Both the position numbers and the translations under genes were made by a program. The notes under the pieces are model-generated. The model was not told where the DNA came from. It was given only the letters and a program-made list of their open reading frames with translations, and did no database searches. Shown here one piece after another: positions 51,975 to 64,000 of a stretch of DNA of 64,000 nucleotides (within the stretch, counting starts at the first letter, position 1; every line of letters starts with the position of its first letter). Source of the DNA: Phoronis australis (taxonomy: Eukaryota > Animalia > Phoronida); contig NMRA01000163.1 in the NCBI GenBank assembly GCA_002633005.1, positions 581,614 through 645,613 of the forward strand, read 5' to 3'.

Positions 51975-52301
51975 GTAAGCGTCAGCTCCGCAGAGGGCGA
52001 GTGTTGTAATGATTTGCGGCAAAAACAATTCGCACATTACCAAAATTGATCAGCAGTTACCAAATCAATTTGTGTGGAGAGTTTTGCCCATTTGCATTTC
52101 AAATGTTTTCTGAAAAACTTTACATCGGTGTAATGAAAATTGCAATGGTAGAACGGTTGGATTTTTGTAAATTTAAAGCTGTAATTCACTCTGCTTAGCT
52201 GGCCATAAACGAAAATGATTTTACTTTTTTGTGCTTCTGTTGGCGAAGGATGTGATTATATCCGAAAATTTCAGTTGATCTATTATTGTTGTTTTATTTC
52301 T

Positions 52302-52680
52302 GAATATCAATCAATCAATCGATTTATTTCAGTAGTAAAGGCCACAGGGCCACTGTACAAGAGAACAACGTGTAACTTTCTCAAGAGTACAGCAAGCTAT
52401 CACGGAGACGAAAAGCATAAAATACATAAAATTTACATAGGCTAACTAATTTAGCATCATCACTTGTTGGCATTAATCTGATGAACTTGAAAAAAGACAG
52501 AAAATTCCAGTAGTACACTTCAATACAATTTTCTCTCAGTTCAGAATATTTATCACAGCTTACTAGAAGGAAGTGATACTCGTCTTCCACCCCATTGGGG
52601 CAGAAGGGACATACTCTGTTTGCCCTATCCAAATTCAAAATACCAGCTCTCGCAATTTCTCAGGGGACCTCCGTTTCTAA
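52302..52680 (-). mobile_element. 3' end of a CR1/L2-group LINE
   Basis: RVCPFCPNGVEDEYHFLLVSCDKYSELRE is the C-terminal CCHC finger typical of these LINE ORF2s, followed by a short UTR and (GATT)n tail at ~52306-52320. Confidence 0.75.
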
Positions 52681-53605
52681 ACACCATAATTTTGGTTTTT
52701 ACATTACTAAATTTACAGATAGATAAGTGTGTAACGTCTTGTGGAGGAATCGACGAAGGCGTCTTTACTAGAATGCTTATATATTCATGACCGACTTGCT
52801 AACTACCCATTATTGTAACAACATGTTTTGTCAACCCAAAGGACCACATGCATATGAATCACATTTCATAGAACTGTCTGGCAAGTGCTACATTATAAAC
52901 CATTCTAACTAATTGTGGCATATAAGGTAGGTGTAGTTCCCATGAAAAACACAATGTTACGTTTTCTCATCGTAATTGAAAAACAAGAAAGAAGCACTAA
53001 CAAATATAAATGAACACCTTTTTCGATAAAAAAATCACCATCCTAACACATGGTTCACTCAACAAGACTATCAACTTGGTGCCAAATTAATCAACAGATT
53101 TTATCACAGTATTATCATCGCCATAGCAGACTTATCGAATTACACATGTAACGGCCTGTAAACCAAGCGTTTTTCTGTACGCTTACTGTTAAGTAGTGCT
53201 ATAATTTTTAACTACGTGGGTTTCTTGATTTCCCTGAGTCCTTGTTACAGAATAATATCTTAATGTGAATCTTCACCAGTGCCACTTGTTGATTAAATAA
53301 CATTACTTACTGTCTGTCACTTTGATTTTACGGTGACCTGAACTGCGCAAATTAGGCTGTACTGAATGAGGAGATTTTGTGGTGGACAGTAACAGTTGTC
53401 GATTACGTCTATACTATCGTGCTTCATCACCTGATTTGAGAATGTACTGTCCTGTCGACACACAGCCTACCGTAGAACAACTCACACTAGTGCAACTTAG
53501 CCCCCTTTTGAGTGGGGCATCCATACATACACGCACACAGACACACGCACACACATACACGCCCGTACACGCATCCGACAACTAGGGTAAGGCGGAACTT
53601 ACCGC

Positions 53606-54790
53606 TTTGGGCTGTCCAGTACTGGCGAACATCTGGATAGTACACTAAGAAGAGTTGGCTTTTAGCAATTACCCTTGTGATCTGTGATCCATGATCTATA
53701 CTATAAACGTTATGCAGATGACACCTTTTTGATTTTTGAACATACTAACAATGCCAAACCTTTTCTTGGTTGGATGAACAGTTTATGTGACAGCACAAAA
53801 TTCACTATGGAATCGGAATAACGTAATTGTATCAGTTTCCTGCTGTATTAGTTCGTCGTCATGAAATCATTGTCCACCTCGGTGCACAGAAAACCAACCT
53901 ATACAGGCTTATATCTTCAGTGGGTTATTTTTTCCTAAAAACATAAAGTAGGATTGGTTAACGCACTTATAAATCGTGCTTTCAAAATACGTAGTAATTC
54001 GGATCTGTTTGATCAGGAGTTACAGTTCCTTGAAAATTCTCTGGTTAGAAATGACTATCCTAAACCAAGTCCAGCGTTGATAGATTCTCACGCAACAGGA
54101 ATGTTGTTAGACCTGTTATTGACAATAATGATCAACAAAAATGTTTTTAAATCTACCATACTTGGGTAACAATAGTACTTTTTGAATAGACAGGTGGGAA
54201 GAATGCTTAATGACATTGCAGCTCTTGTTAAGCTGTTTACTATATTCAAGCCTAATAATAGACTTGGTTCACTATCCAAACGTAAATCACCGTTGTCTAC
54301 TTAGCAAAAAAAATCGTGTAGTATACCAGATTAATTGTGGTTATTGTGAACAATTTTACATTGGTATGACTAACAGAATTTTGTGTGACAGAGTAAAAGA
54401 ACATTCTAGGGATAACAATAGTGCTGTTCTAAATCTTTCATTAGAGACTGGTCATAATATTGCTTATCCTGATATAACATGAGTGGCCACTGTATGAGAT
54501 TACTTATAACGGAGGCTGTTCGCGTAATGAAGAAACATGCTGAGCGTTACCTAAACAGGAACATTGGAGCTTTCAATCTCCAGCTGTGGTAATTGGAGTT
54601 GCTCTGTTCCCAGCATATTTCTCTCACTATGCATTTCGACATGATTCTGAGCAGTGTGTTGTGTTTTGACTTGTTTGACTTGATTCTGTCGTACTACTTC
54701 TCCCTGAAGATGGTTTGTTTGTAATAAACCGAAACTTTGGATATGAATATGCCAATCTTCCGGTGTGCGCTTGTGGTTAGTCTTTTTCTA
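53606..54790 (+). mobile_element. Degenerate Penelope-like retroelement (RT + GIY-YIG endonuclease + 3' pLTR)
   Basis: Interrupted translation: VLANIW, YKRYADDTFLIF, KFTMESE, SVHRKPTYTGLYLQW, LINRAFKI, VVYQINCGYCEQFYIGMTNRILCDRVKEH. Confidence 0.9.
54701..54741 (+). ncRNA. Minimal hammerhead-ribozyme-like core in the Penelope pLTR, degenerate
   Basis: CTGAAGA, then stem II (ggttt..aaacc), then GAAAC, bracketed by tcc/gga. The position is typical of Penelope-like elements. Stem III appears degraded. Confidence 0.5.
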
Positions 54791-54875
54791 ATATTTTGGC
54801 TAAAAGGTAACATTGTTAATACTTCTTTTTTCTCATTTGGTAATTGGACAATTGTGACTTTACATCATCAGAGTT

Positions 54876-55306
54876 TCCGTATTGCGGCGCCCTTGGGCGT
54901 CTGTGCGGAACTATGCTTATATGCGAAACTTGGGCGCATACGCTAATATGCCAACCACTTGCGTAAAAAGGCAGGAACAGGGGTATCATTTCGGTAATAG
55001 GCACGTGGGCCTAAAGGCGCGGCAATACGGTAATGGAAAGCTATTTACCAACTTCCTTGAAAATACGCCAACGGAACTCCAAAGCTACAGAGGGCAAAAA
55101 ACTGCCATTACGAGGTATCCAAAACGGGTGCGCCTATATGCAAACTAATGTGTGGGCCTATGCAGGGGATACTACCTGAGCTTATATGCGAAACTTAGGC
55201 GCATGTGCCGATATACAAACCACTTGGGTAAAAAAAGTTGCAATAAAAGCCGCGTTATTTCGAACATAGAATCCATGATGGGCTTAAAGGCGGGGCAATA
55301 CGGTAT
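54876..55306. mobile_element. pogo/Tc1-like MITE(s) with CCGTATTGC termini
   Basis: ccgtattgcggcgcc ... ggcgcggcaatacggta (55016-55032) and ggcggggcaatacggta (55289-55305); duplicated internal cttatatgcgaaactt.ggcgca. Confidence 0.55.
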
Positions 55307-55369
55307 TTGCTTCAGGTCTTAAGCAGCACACTTGCTAATCATGTCTTAGAGTCTGCAATGCCATTAGGG

Positions 55370-56690
55370 TATAATGCGATGTGAGGTACTTTGAGCCTGT
55401 TCAGATGGCCAGCCATTCAGAATAAGTGCTCTACACACCGAAATTCATTATCTTCGCATGTTGCTATAACAATTTTATCTTTTATTCAATGTGCTAGAAT
55501 ATCAGTCTTGCAAACCATTTTAAAACTCATCATTCACGATACAGTGTACTTATCCTCACCATATTGTGAAGTAATCTGCTCAAACAATCGGCTTAACCAA
55601 GTTTAGTGTCTTTTTGTATTCTAAAATTTGGATTCTAGGTTTCAGCACCATTCTTTGTATTCGCATCGGAGACTTGCCTCGGTATTGGCTTCTTAAACAA
55701 ACTCTCTAAAGGCTTATGGTTGGATTCTGTTGTTATCTCAGGAATACCATAAATAAACTTGTAAATACCCAAAACATTTTGCTAAATGCCTTTCTCTATT
55801 CAAGGATGTCGTTGCTCTGTCGGTGTTAACGTACAAGAAAACATCAACTTAAATGACAACGCCACCTTCATGAATCACTGCTGCACCTAATCCCTTGGTA
55901 CTAGCTAGCATCAACACTTAAAGATGCCGTGTCTCATTAAATCCGTGAATATTTAAATTTGTAGCAAGGGCCACCTAGTGTCTTCCTGTGAAGTGTTTGT
56001 ACAAGTATAATCAGGAAAAGAAACAATTTATAATTAAATTGCGGTTTTACAGAAAACACCATAACTGATAAACTTTTAAGTTTAAAACAAAACAATTGTT
56101 AAGATATAAAAAGCCCTAGTTAAATCGAAATATTACGTAATTGTTATTTGATAGTGAAATGAACAAAAAAATAAAAACTGTGCCTTGTTTCATTAGGGTA
56201 ACGATGACATATTACCATACTCATTTACATAAGAATAATCTCACAAAACCAGACTTTCGCGAGATTGTAATGGTTAGTGGTTCTCGGCACACCGGAAGAC
56301 CCCGCCGAGGTTTTTTGTGAACAAGTACTTCATTTGCATATTCACCATGTAATCTTCAATGTAATTGGTTTGTTGCAATACAATTATTTTCTCAGGTGTG
56401 TTACACAATGCTTTCGTGACATCAGTAAAGGCTTTTGATTCTGTCTCATTCCATTTCGACGAGTTTGCATTTCTAATTTCACGTAACGGAGCACTCAAGT
56501 TATTCACATTTGGAATAAAATTTGGACACAACCTGAATTCTCACAAAGGCTGGTTTATCACTATCAACAGTCAATACATGATCCACGTTACTAATTTGGT
56601 GTTAACTAATCATAGGTTCAATTTTAACCCGTGTTTTCTATCTGCCTCAAATACAGCTTTGAGCCGTTCATCATGCTGTTGGAGTGTTTT
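55370..56690 (-). mobile_element. Degenerate Ty3/Gypsy pol fragment (RT connection and RNase H), interrupted by an insertion at ~55970-56380
   Basis: Minus-strand pieces: QQHDERLKAVF...GLKLN, NFIPNVNNLSAPLRE...KWNETESKAFTDVTKALCNTP, LSVDAS..GLGAAV, LTPTEQR, FIYGIPEITTESNHKPLESLFKKPI, RIQRM, LILNGWP. Confidence 0.85.
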
Positions 56691-57504
56691 ACGCCAGGTC
56701 CGTAGCCGGAAAGTAAAAATTATTGAGGGGCATAAACCAATTCGACGTAGCCAAACACCCAACTCCATCCCCCCCGCCCTCCGACAACCAACTCCGCCCA
56801 TCTCCCGCACAAAATCCCTCGGCAATCCTCGGGATTTCGACGAAATTTCCAAGAGGTTTTGTCCATGTCATACACCTGAGACTAGTGTAGAATTCTCTAT
56901 TTATCACGCCACAACAGATCTACGTGTCTGATGTTAATGGGGTGATTTCAAAGCTTCTCTGTCCGCTTAAGACAACAGTTGCTGGCTGAAAAAATAGAAT
57001 TAGTCCTCATACTGTCGGTATTTTATAGTTATAAAACCTTCGGGTATGTTCTCTTTTTAAAATTCGGTAGCAGCCCTTCATTGACACAAATTTGGTTGAA
57101 GGCAGACTGTACTTTTTAAACAGCTTGACGTAGCCTATATTCGCTCGTAGTCTCTGTACAATCTCATATCTGCCGGCGTGCAGTTGTAAAGCAAATCGCT
57201 CATAGACATAACGAGCAATCAAGTTAAAGTAGTAGCTACTTTCGAGACCACGTGTCTTATCCTCTAACACTTGCCCTTTAAAAGTTAAAGAGTCTCCAAC
57301 AAGCGACCTTTTGATATAAGGTCACTTGCTCCTATAAATTACTTTCAACTAAGGATTGATTTCTGAGTTTGTAATAGTCTGGGAGCCAGGGGGTTGAACC
57401 TGGTTTTGCCGGATAAAGTTTTTTTCTTTGCTGTTTCCTGTAGCCTAGGATTAAGTAACTGTGATTCAGGGGGTGACCGTTCGCAACCCTTGAGGATTTT
57501 TTTA

Positions 57505-58980
57505 AATATGCAAATTAAGGTCGCCATTACGCAAAATTCTATTTTTGCTTATATACACCGGTGACCTAAAGTCGTGAACATAAGCATAATAAGCAGTTGA
57601 TTGTCATACTACCCAATGTCCGTTTGCAACTGCTCATGTGATGTCATGGACATATATCAGCCTTCACAAATATACATTTACGTGTTTTGACAATCTTAAT
57701 CTTTGTTTGTCTCCGTAAGCAGAGTTTTAAAACAGTCGCTGATATCGCCGGCCATTTTGAATGAGGCCCTAAAGTCGTGAACGTTTCGTTTAGTCGGAAA
57801 TTCACGAAGTATGACCACACAAGTCAACTACAGTGCTTACAGTTATTCTAGACTACATAAAAATGCATTGCATTTTTTATTAATTCAGTTTCAATTGAAA
57901 TAAATTGTTATATGTTTTGCACCCAACTTTGATGTGCACAGACGTTTTCAATGAGGTTGTTCACGTAAAACACTTAGAACCCAGCATCAATTATCGCTGT
58001 GTATTTTATTGTTTTGGCCTTACAAAACTTGATCGACCCTGGGACATTTTGATACATTGTTCAAGCTACCCCTGGGGAGTGCGTGTTTGAGTAAATCTGA
58101 ACGATAAATGTTTTCGAAAATTTATCCCAAAAACGCACGAAAAAGTGAATTAGTGAAATATGCTGTTTTTAAGATACATTCGAAAAAAGAAGTCACTCAC
58201 TCACTGTTTTGTTATCATATTGTGAATACAAACACGTCCGGGTATTCGTTTGACGTTCGTAAGCAGACGAACGCTGGAAACTTCAACGCCAGACGTCGCA
58301 GGATGGCACAGAAGAGGAAATAAGATCGTTCACGACTTTAGGGCACTCACGACTTTAGGACCTCTGACGGTAATTTCCTTACCAAGCACTGCAGCCAGAT
58401 AATTGTGACGTTTTTACCCATGATTCATGGTCGATGAATTTAACAGTGCAAGTTTTTTGGTGAATACATTGTCAGTTTGCATAATTTATGCAAATTAAGG
58501 CCGTCATTATGCAAAATTCTATTTTGCATACCTTTCCAAGCACTGCAGGCAGGTTATTTTGATGCTTTCACCTATGTTTCCATGGTCAACAAATTTAATA
58601 GTGGAAGTTTTTTTGGTGAATACATTGTCAATTTGCATAATTTATGCAAATTAAGGCCGCCATTATTCAAAATTCTTCTTGTGCTTATAGCTACTAAACC
58701 AGGCACCACAGATCAACTATCATGATTTTTGCACCTATATTTTTTGGTCAATTAGTTTAATAAAATCGGTTTGCACATTGTTGCATGATAAATTTGCATA
58801 ATTAATGCAAATTAAGGGCACCATTATTCAAAATTCTAATTGTGCTTATAGCTGCGGTACCAAGCATCACAGTTAAATTCTCATGACATTTGAACCTATG
58901 TTCCTATGGTCAATTAGTTTAATGAAATCAGTTTGCAAGTTGCATGAATTATGAAAGTAAAAGCGGCCGTTCTTAGAAAT
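57505..58980. repeat. ~155-160-bp tandem repeat array interrupted by a DNA transposon
   Basis: Unit tttgcataatttatgcaaattaagg.cgccatta..caaaattcta at ~57505 (partial), 58475, 58631, 58792 and ~58940 (degraded). Confidence 0.75.
57552..58372. mobile_element. Non-autonomous DNA transposon with cctaaagtcgtga subterminal repeats (pogo-like)
   Basis: cctaaagtcgtgaac at ~57565 and ~57768; inverted copies gttcacgactttagggcactcacgactttaggacctctgacggta at 58328-58372. Confidence 0.6.
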
Positions 58981-59499
58981 TGTACATTAGGTAGTAACTT
59001 TCTTACAGGGGTCACTACATATAGATTATTTTGGTATTTTCATTGATGAATTTTAGGTTATCTCTCATTACATAAAAGATGATCTGTAACTTATTTCAAA
59101 ACGTTACAAATTCTAGTTTTGTCTGATACCCCGGGTATATGTAGTAGATGACCAAATTGTTTAATATTGCACAAACCCAGGACATAACCTATCTAATGGA
59201 GACCAGTCACAAGACGTTTCAAATGCTAATTCAACACTCGGAAAGTGAGCACAGTACAGAAAATTGACGCTGCAATTGCATCTACTTTAATTTCGTGGAA
59301 TCTGATCTTTGCAGCCAGCCAGCCACACCTAATCATCACTTGTATGCAATAGGAGCGAGTTTATATCAAAAAAATAATTGCAGGCGGTCTTAGTGTTACA
59401 CGTTGTATCAGACGTGCGCAGGCCTCGCATGTGGGCCCATTGCACTGATCACCTGGAAATATTTTTATGCTTTATTGATATATGGTTAAAACCGAGCTG

Positions 59500-59608
59500 A
59501 GGAGCTAGAAACCTGGCTCAAGGGTTTAGCAGTGTGACCTGGTGGGACTTGAACCCACGACCTCTACTAAAGAAAGCGGGCACTTATCAACCAGGCCACA
59601 CTGCCTCC
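59500..59608 (-). mobile_element. tRNA-derived SINE head
   Basis: Minus strand ggcagtgTGGCCTGGTTGataagtgccc...gtcgtgGGTTCAAGTCCcaccagg (A and B boxes), then a non-tRNA continuation. Confidence 0.6.
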
Positions 59609-60784
59609 TCGAGTCATAGGAGCGAGTTGGACACCATGCGGAATTGTAGATCACAGTGCTTAATTGTTTATGGCTCCTTTCTTCCATCCAAAGTCCTCTG
59701 GATCTGGTGCTGGTGACATTCCACCACATGACTGACAGTTTACGCTTACATTCTCTGTGAATGCCTCTGTTGTCGGTGACAGTTTGGGGGCGGAGATATA
59801 TTTCTTGCCATTTCTCTTCCCCATACCAGTAGTTTCAGTTCCTAACATCTTCCTGATTCTCTTCATTCATACCTAACAGGCACACATACAATTAGTTGCT
59901 AGTTTCATGACCTCAGAAAATTGTGCATTAAAAGTGCCGATGGCAAAGAGATCAAGTCCAGCCTTCATATTTTGACGATAGATCCCTTTCCAAATCCTTA
60001 GTAGCATGCCACCGTGTTACACCCCTCAACGCCAGAAATATCTGACATAGGCAGTGCGCATGCGCAGCCAGCCGCTAACTATTCCCCATTTTCACGAATG
60101 AAAGACGTCGCTCTAGTCGGTTTAGCGACTGGTCTTTCACATATGGCACATCACATTTACGAAATACCGCGAAAAACGGGTGATGAGGCTGGATCTCGCG
60201 AGATCATATCGGTTCGTATCCGCGCCAAATAAACCGCAAAAAAAAACGTTTCGTCATTGTTGTAATTTGAATGTGTTTTGTAGCAGTTAGGACTAAGTTC
60301 TTAAAAATGGTAATTATAATCCTTGTAGATGAGAAAATCCGTGTTCGTCGACTCGTTTACCTATCAAAACAAAGACTTATCTCCCTTGTCATGCAAACTC
60401 GGGTATTCCCTGTCAATGGAATCCCCGAGTAGAATCGCGACGAATGCGGACGATATTGGAGTATCTGTAGTATTAACTGAAGCAATTTTAAAACGAAAAA
60501 CATCATTGAAACGGTTTAGTTATCACTAAGTGAACATAAAATGTTCACTGTGCGATTAACTAGCAGAAGAAGCACAGTTGACTGGTCAACTAATTGCGCT
60601 ATTGACGTTTCCTCACTGAACTGCAATTTGCCAAGTTTGCTTCTTAGCCCTGTAGTTCACCAAACTTTAGTACATCTTTGCCGTGCACTAATTACAATAC
60701 CAGAATAGCAACATTTTTGCTAGACATTAGTGATGATGATACTGCCAAGAAACTAGTGGTGACTTCCAGTTTTGTAGTACTGTT

Positions 60785-61091
60785 CCAGTGGCAGATCAGG
60801 GACCAGAAGGGGGGCCCCCCAACATGTTGCCTCCTGGAATTGCGCAGAGCACGGTTGTATGTGTATAGGCGTCCCGAAAGTTGCGGTGGCCTGGAGTATG
60901 AACCTTCTGTTCGGGAAATCTATCGACTAAAAAAAATTAGAAATAAAAAAACGGGAACGAGAGCCAGCCACGATCTGGGGTCTGAGTCCCCCCCCCCCTT
61001 CTCCAGTACCGGTCCTAGTTATGTTTCCTCTCGCGTTGTGCTCTTGCTGTTTCATTTTGCTTGCGGCAGCCCCTGACCCCCTAAATGCGCC
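60785..61091 (+). mobile_element. CAGTGGC-type non-autonomous DNA transposon
   Basis: ccagtggcagatcaggg...ggggggccccc ... ccccctaaatgcgcct. Confidence 0.5.
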
Positions 61092-61189
61092 TATTTGTTT
61101 CAATTAGTGATATAAGTAAAGGAAATTATCAAGTAATGTATGCTAACCCCGAGGCTCTGGCATCAACAAGTGATGGTGTGAAACGCTTG

Positions 61190-61252
61190 CAAAACAAGGA
61201 ATTAGCTTCCAAAACAAGGAATTAGCTTCCAAAACAAGGAATTAGCTTCCAA
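61190..61252. repeat. Perfect 20-bp tandem repeat x3 (caaaacaaggaattagcttc)
   Basis: Three exact adjacent copies, no spacers. Confidence 0.95.
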
Positions 61253-62844
61253 CGTGGCAATTGTGATAACCAACAAAGGACACATTGTGTTAGAATGATG
61301 AGTTTAATGCACATAAAAAATACTTTCAATAACATCTATTCGTATCACAACAGGTTTCACAGCACCAATTTTATGCCTTTTCTAATACCAAGAATTTCCA
61401 AATCTGAGCCTGGAAGTTTTACGGAAATCTTGGAAAGCTGCCAAAAATAATCAAAAACATAAATTTATTCAATGCAGATGCACTAAATAAAAATGCCTCC
61501 CAAGAGATACGACAACCTGGAATTAACAAGGAGCAGTTCTTTTAGGTCACCCTGAAGTACAAAAATTGGGACAGAGTCCGAAATCCACATCATTAAAATA
61601 AGATTTTCATGGGTGATTTTACTGTCAAAATTGCCCTTTAATTTTTGATTTTTGATAGAGTAACACCATCAGTGATAGTGTTATCAAAGCAACAAATGTA
61701 CAGAGATCGTCACGTAGGCATGCATTCTTAACTTAACTATATATAGGAAATCCAAAATCTATAACATTTTAAATGTTTATGTAAAAGTAATCCTGTATTA
61801 TACATTGACGTTAGATGCTAAAGACACAATTGTAACATTTCATGATCTCGTTAAACCATTTATTTTTTCCAAAACATATGTAAACAATAACATTTTATCA
61901 CATGGCACAAGTTCCCTTGGTATGTATCAGTCTAGCCAATTAAAATAAATATTATTCTTTGATCAAAACCCCCATAACCATATGAAGCACTGAGATCATT
62001 CAGTGGCTAACTCAGTATGCAACTGGTTTTGACAACACACAAACATCATTTCTTGTGAGAAAAACACTTGTAGCTTACATATCAGACAGTCCTTAAAGAT
62101 TTTTAAATCGAAAGCATTATGTCATGACTCTTTCACCACACGGGTACTGCCACTATTATCATCTGCTTCAGAGTCACTAACTGAAATGGACTATTGATAT
62201 CTGTTGTCACATATGATTTCTACCTTTTGTCACTGACATTTTTAAAGCTGGTGAAAACTACCACACCATCACTTAAGATCAAAAGCTAAACAATAAATTG
62301 TCATCACTTTTACAACCTTTTTTCTTAAAGCAGATCCTCTCATAAACAAGAACAGTCATCCATCAGTTTTGCAGTTAACTACATAAGAATTTCAAAAATT
62401 AATTACGCAAAAATTCTCTAGTTTGGGACAGTGAATAATTATTTTGTTCAAAGTGGGAGCTTGTCACAATTTTTTGAAATTCACACAATTGTCTGTCAGA
62501 AATTCAAGGGAATGGTAACAATTTATTAAATGTTTGTCATGGGAGTCACTTCTTATGAACTTACAAGAGTAATCTTGCAACCCGTTATGCTACAACATAG
62601 CGTTAGGAATTTGAAAAGTACGAAAATATAAAAATCACTCACGCCTCAAATTTCAAGATGAAACAATTAAATTTCATCAATGATTTCTGTGTTCTGAATT
62701 TAGGAGGATGTCTCAATCTGGAGAATTTTTAATCACCTATCTAATTGCTATCATCAACTTTGTCACCTTTGCTAAAAATATATGTTAAAAACAATTATAA
62801 GGTATAAACGTAATCCATGTCTTGCCATGAAAAATGTTCAAACA

Positions 62845-63378
62845 TACACCATTGCCAGCATGATGACGAATGCACGCAGCAGTCAATAGCCTCCGTAGAG
62901 CACAGAGTTGAGGGTTTTTGGAAAACGTCTACACGTATCCCTGGCTACAATGAATTCATTCTTAGTCATACCAGTATGTAGTGAATGACACATACGGTAA
63001 CAGAAGTGGTAGCCCATGTGGACGATTTTCCACTTCTTTCACAATTTTCCAAAGAAGCGGCTTGTCATCCAGGTTCCTCATGGCCAAGTCTAAGCACACT
63101 TTTTCTGAAGTCTTGCAAAGGTCATCCAAAGATGTACTGATTTTAAACAACAGTTTCCGATCAAGTTGCTTGGTTGAATCTTTAGACATGTTTGACAAGA
63201 AAGGGTTGGATTGTTGATAATTCTCAGATACTGAATGCCCATGGTCAACTTGCTCCTGTTGGCTTCTTAGAAACAGATGGCGAATCAATCCATTAGTAGG
63301 CCTACATGTTTCTGTCGATCTTCAATTAAGACTGAGCAATGAGATTGCTGACATCCAATTTCTTGCTGATTTCTGCAG
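62845..63378 (-). pseudogene. Possible degraded coding segment of unknown family
   Basis: A 108-aa protein-like ORF (62962-63288) continues after a frameshift (GMTKNEFIVARDTCRRFPKTLNSVLYGGY*LLRAFVIMLAMV). It is preceded by an acceptor-like ttttgttcaaaactcacacag. No family was recognised. Confidence 0.3.
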
Positions 63379-63699
63379 CTGTGTGAGTTTTGAACAAAAC
63401 GAAATGCTAGTTAGAGACGGTGGTCACTGTCTAATCCACTGAATAATAGGAAAGTTATTCAGTTGTTACATTCATCAACTTTTTTGATCATGTCCTTGTC
63501 CTGTTATTCGTTTCCCATTTTTCCCTAGTATAAAGTGACCAACAACACGTGTATTCGCCTGGTAGGGTCTAGACATTTGCTGTCACTGGTGTGTTCCATC
63601 TGGCTAACACTAACAGTCTGACTCTGTGAGCTATAACTAGTGAACCTGCACTGAAGTTAATATTGAAACATGTTGATAGCGTCATTCTCAAAACCAGGA

Positions 63700-63900
63700 C
63701 AGTGGCGGATCTACGTTTTCAGCAAGGGGGGGTTTAGGATTCCCGACAAGATCGAATCCTAGGCGCGTGGCGTCGAGCGGGGGGAGGTCGGGAGGGGGGT
63801 TTCCCCTCCCGTGTAAGATATTTTTTGTTTTTGTAGCCAAATTGTGAAATTTCCATGCATCCTGGTAAGTTTCTGGCACTTAACATGTCTCTGGAGTTTT
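63700..63900 (+). mobile_element. Left end of a CAGTGGCGGA-type non-autonomous DNA transposon
   Basis: cagtggcggatctacg...gggggggtttagg...gggagggggtttcccctccc; the right end is not resolved. Confidence 0.55.
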
Positions 63901-64000
63901 TCTTAAGATAATTAAAAACTCTTCTCGATTTCGTCACATGAACTTGGCACATAAGTTTCGTGAAACCATATTGTGCACATCTGGGTATGAGTCACGCCAC

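Noticed and set aside
56365-56931. 188-aa plus-strand ORF, the longest in the ORF track
   Set aside because: It is the antisense shadow of the Gypsy pol relic fused to an adjacent MITE.
61190-61252. Three identical 20-bp repeats as a CRISPR array
   Set aside because: No spacers and no cas genes, in eukaryotic context; a simple minisatellite.
41560-64000. A third GSS copy downstream
   Set aside because: No GSS exon motifs were seen on either strand after 41559 by eye; the region is mostly transposon debris.

Overview
Animal genomic DNA, AT-rich and intron-rich. The repeat types suggest a marine invertebrate, but the species cannot be determined. The only intact protein-coding content is a head-to-tail tandem pair of eukaryotic glutathione synthetase (GSS, ATP-grasp) genes on the + strand. 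Copy A has its last 7 coding exons at 1759-12528, and exons 1-4 lie upstream of the window. Copy B is complete: 11 coding exons at 25464-41559, 1446 nt, 481 aa. Exon lengths and phases are identical between the copies, and all introns are GT-AG. Most notable: copy B keeps the ATP/Mg and carboxylate-binding catalytic residues but has rewritten its substrate-binding loops. The A-loop EGGIAVG becomes ESRVLIR, the H-loop SFGG becomes SLAS, the gamma-glutamyl site becomes SQEIRN, and the S-loop Pro becomes His. This points to a neofunctionalised GSS-derived peptide ligase, or possibly a pseudo-enzyme. The rest is introns and transposon debris: Helentron-like HINEs (one carrying a ~150-bp-periodic array of CTCF-like motifs), tRNA-derived SINEs, a long tRNA-half palindrome, MITEs, Tx1/L1, CR1-like, Penelope (with a hammerhead-like core), Gypsy and THAP relics, and a 196-N gap. 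Human GSS residue numbers are recalled from memory and should be re-verified by alignment.
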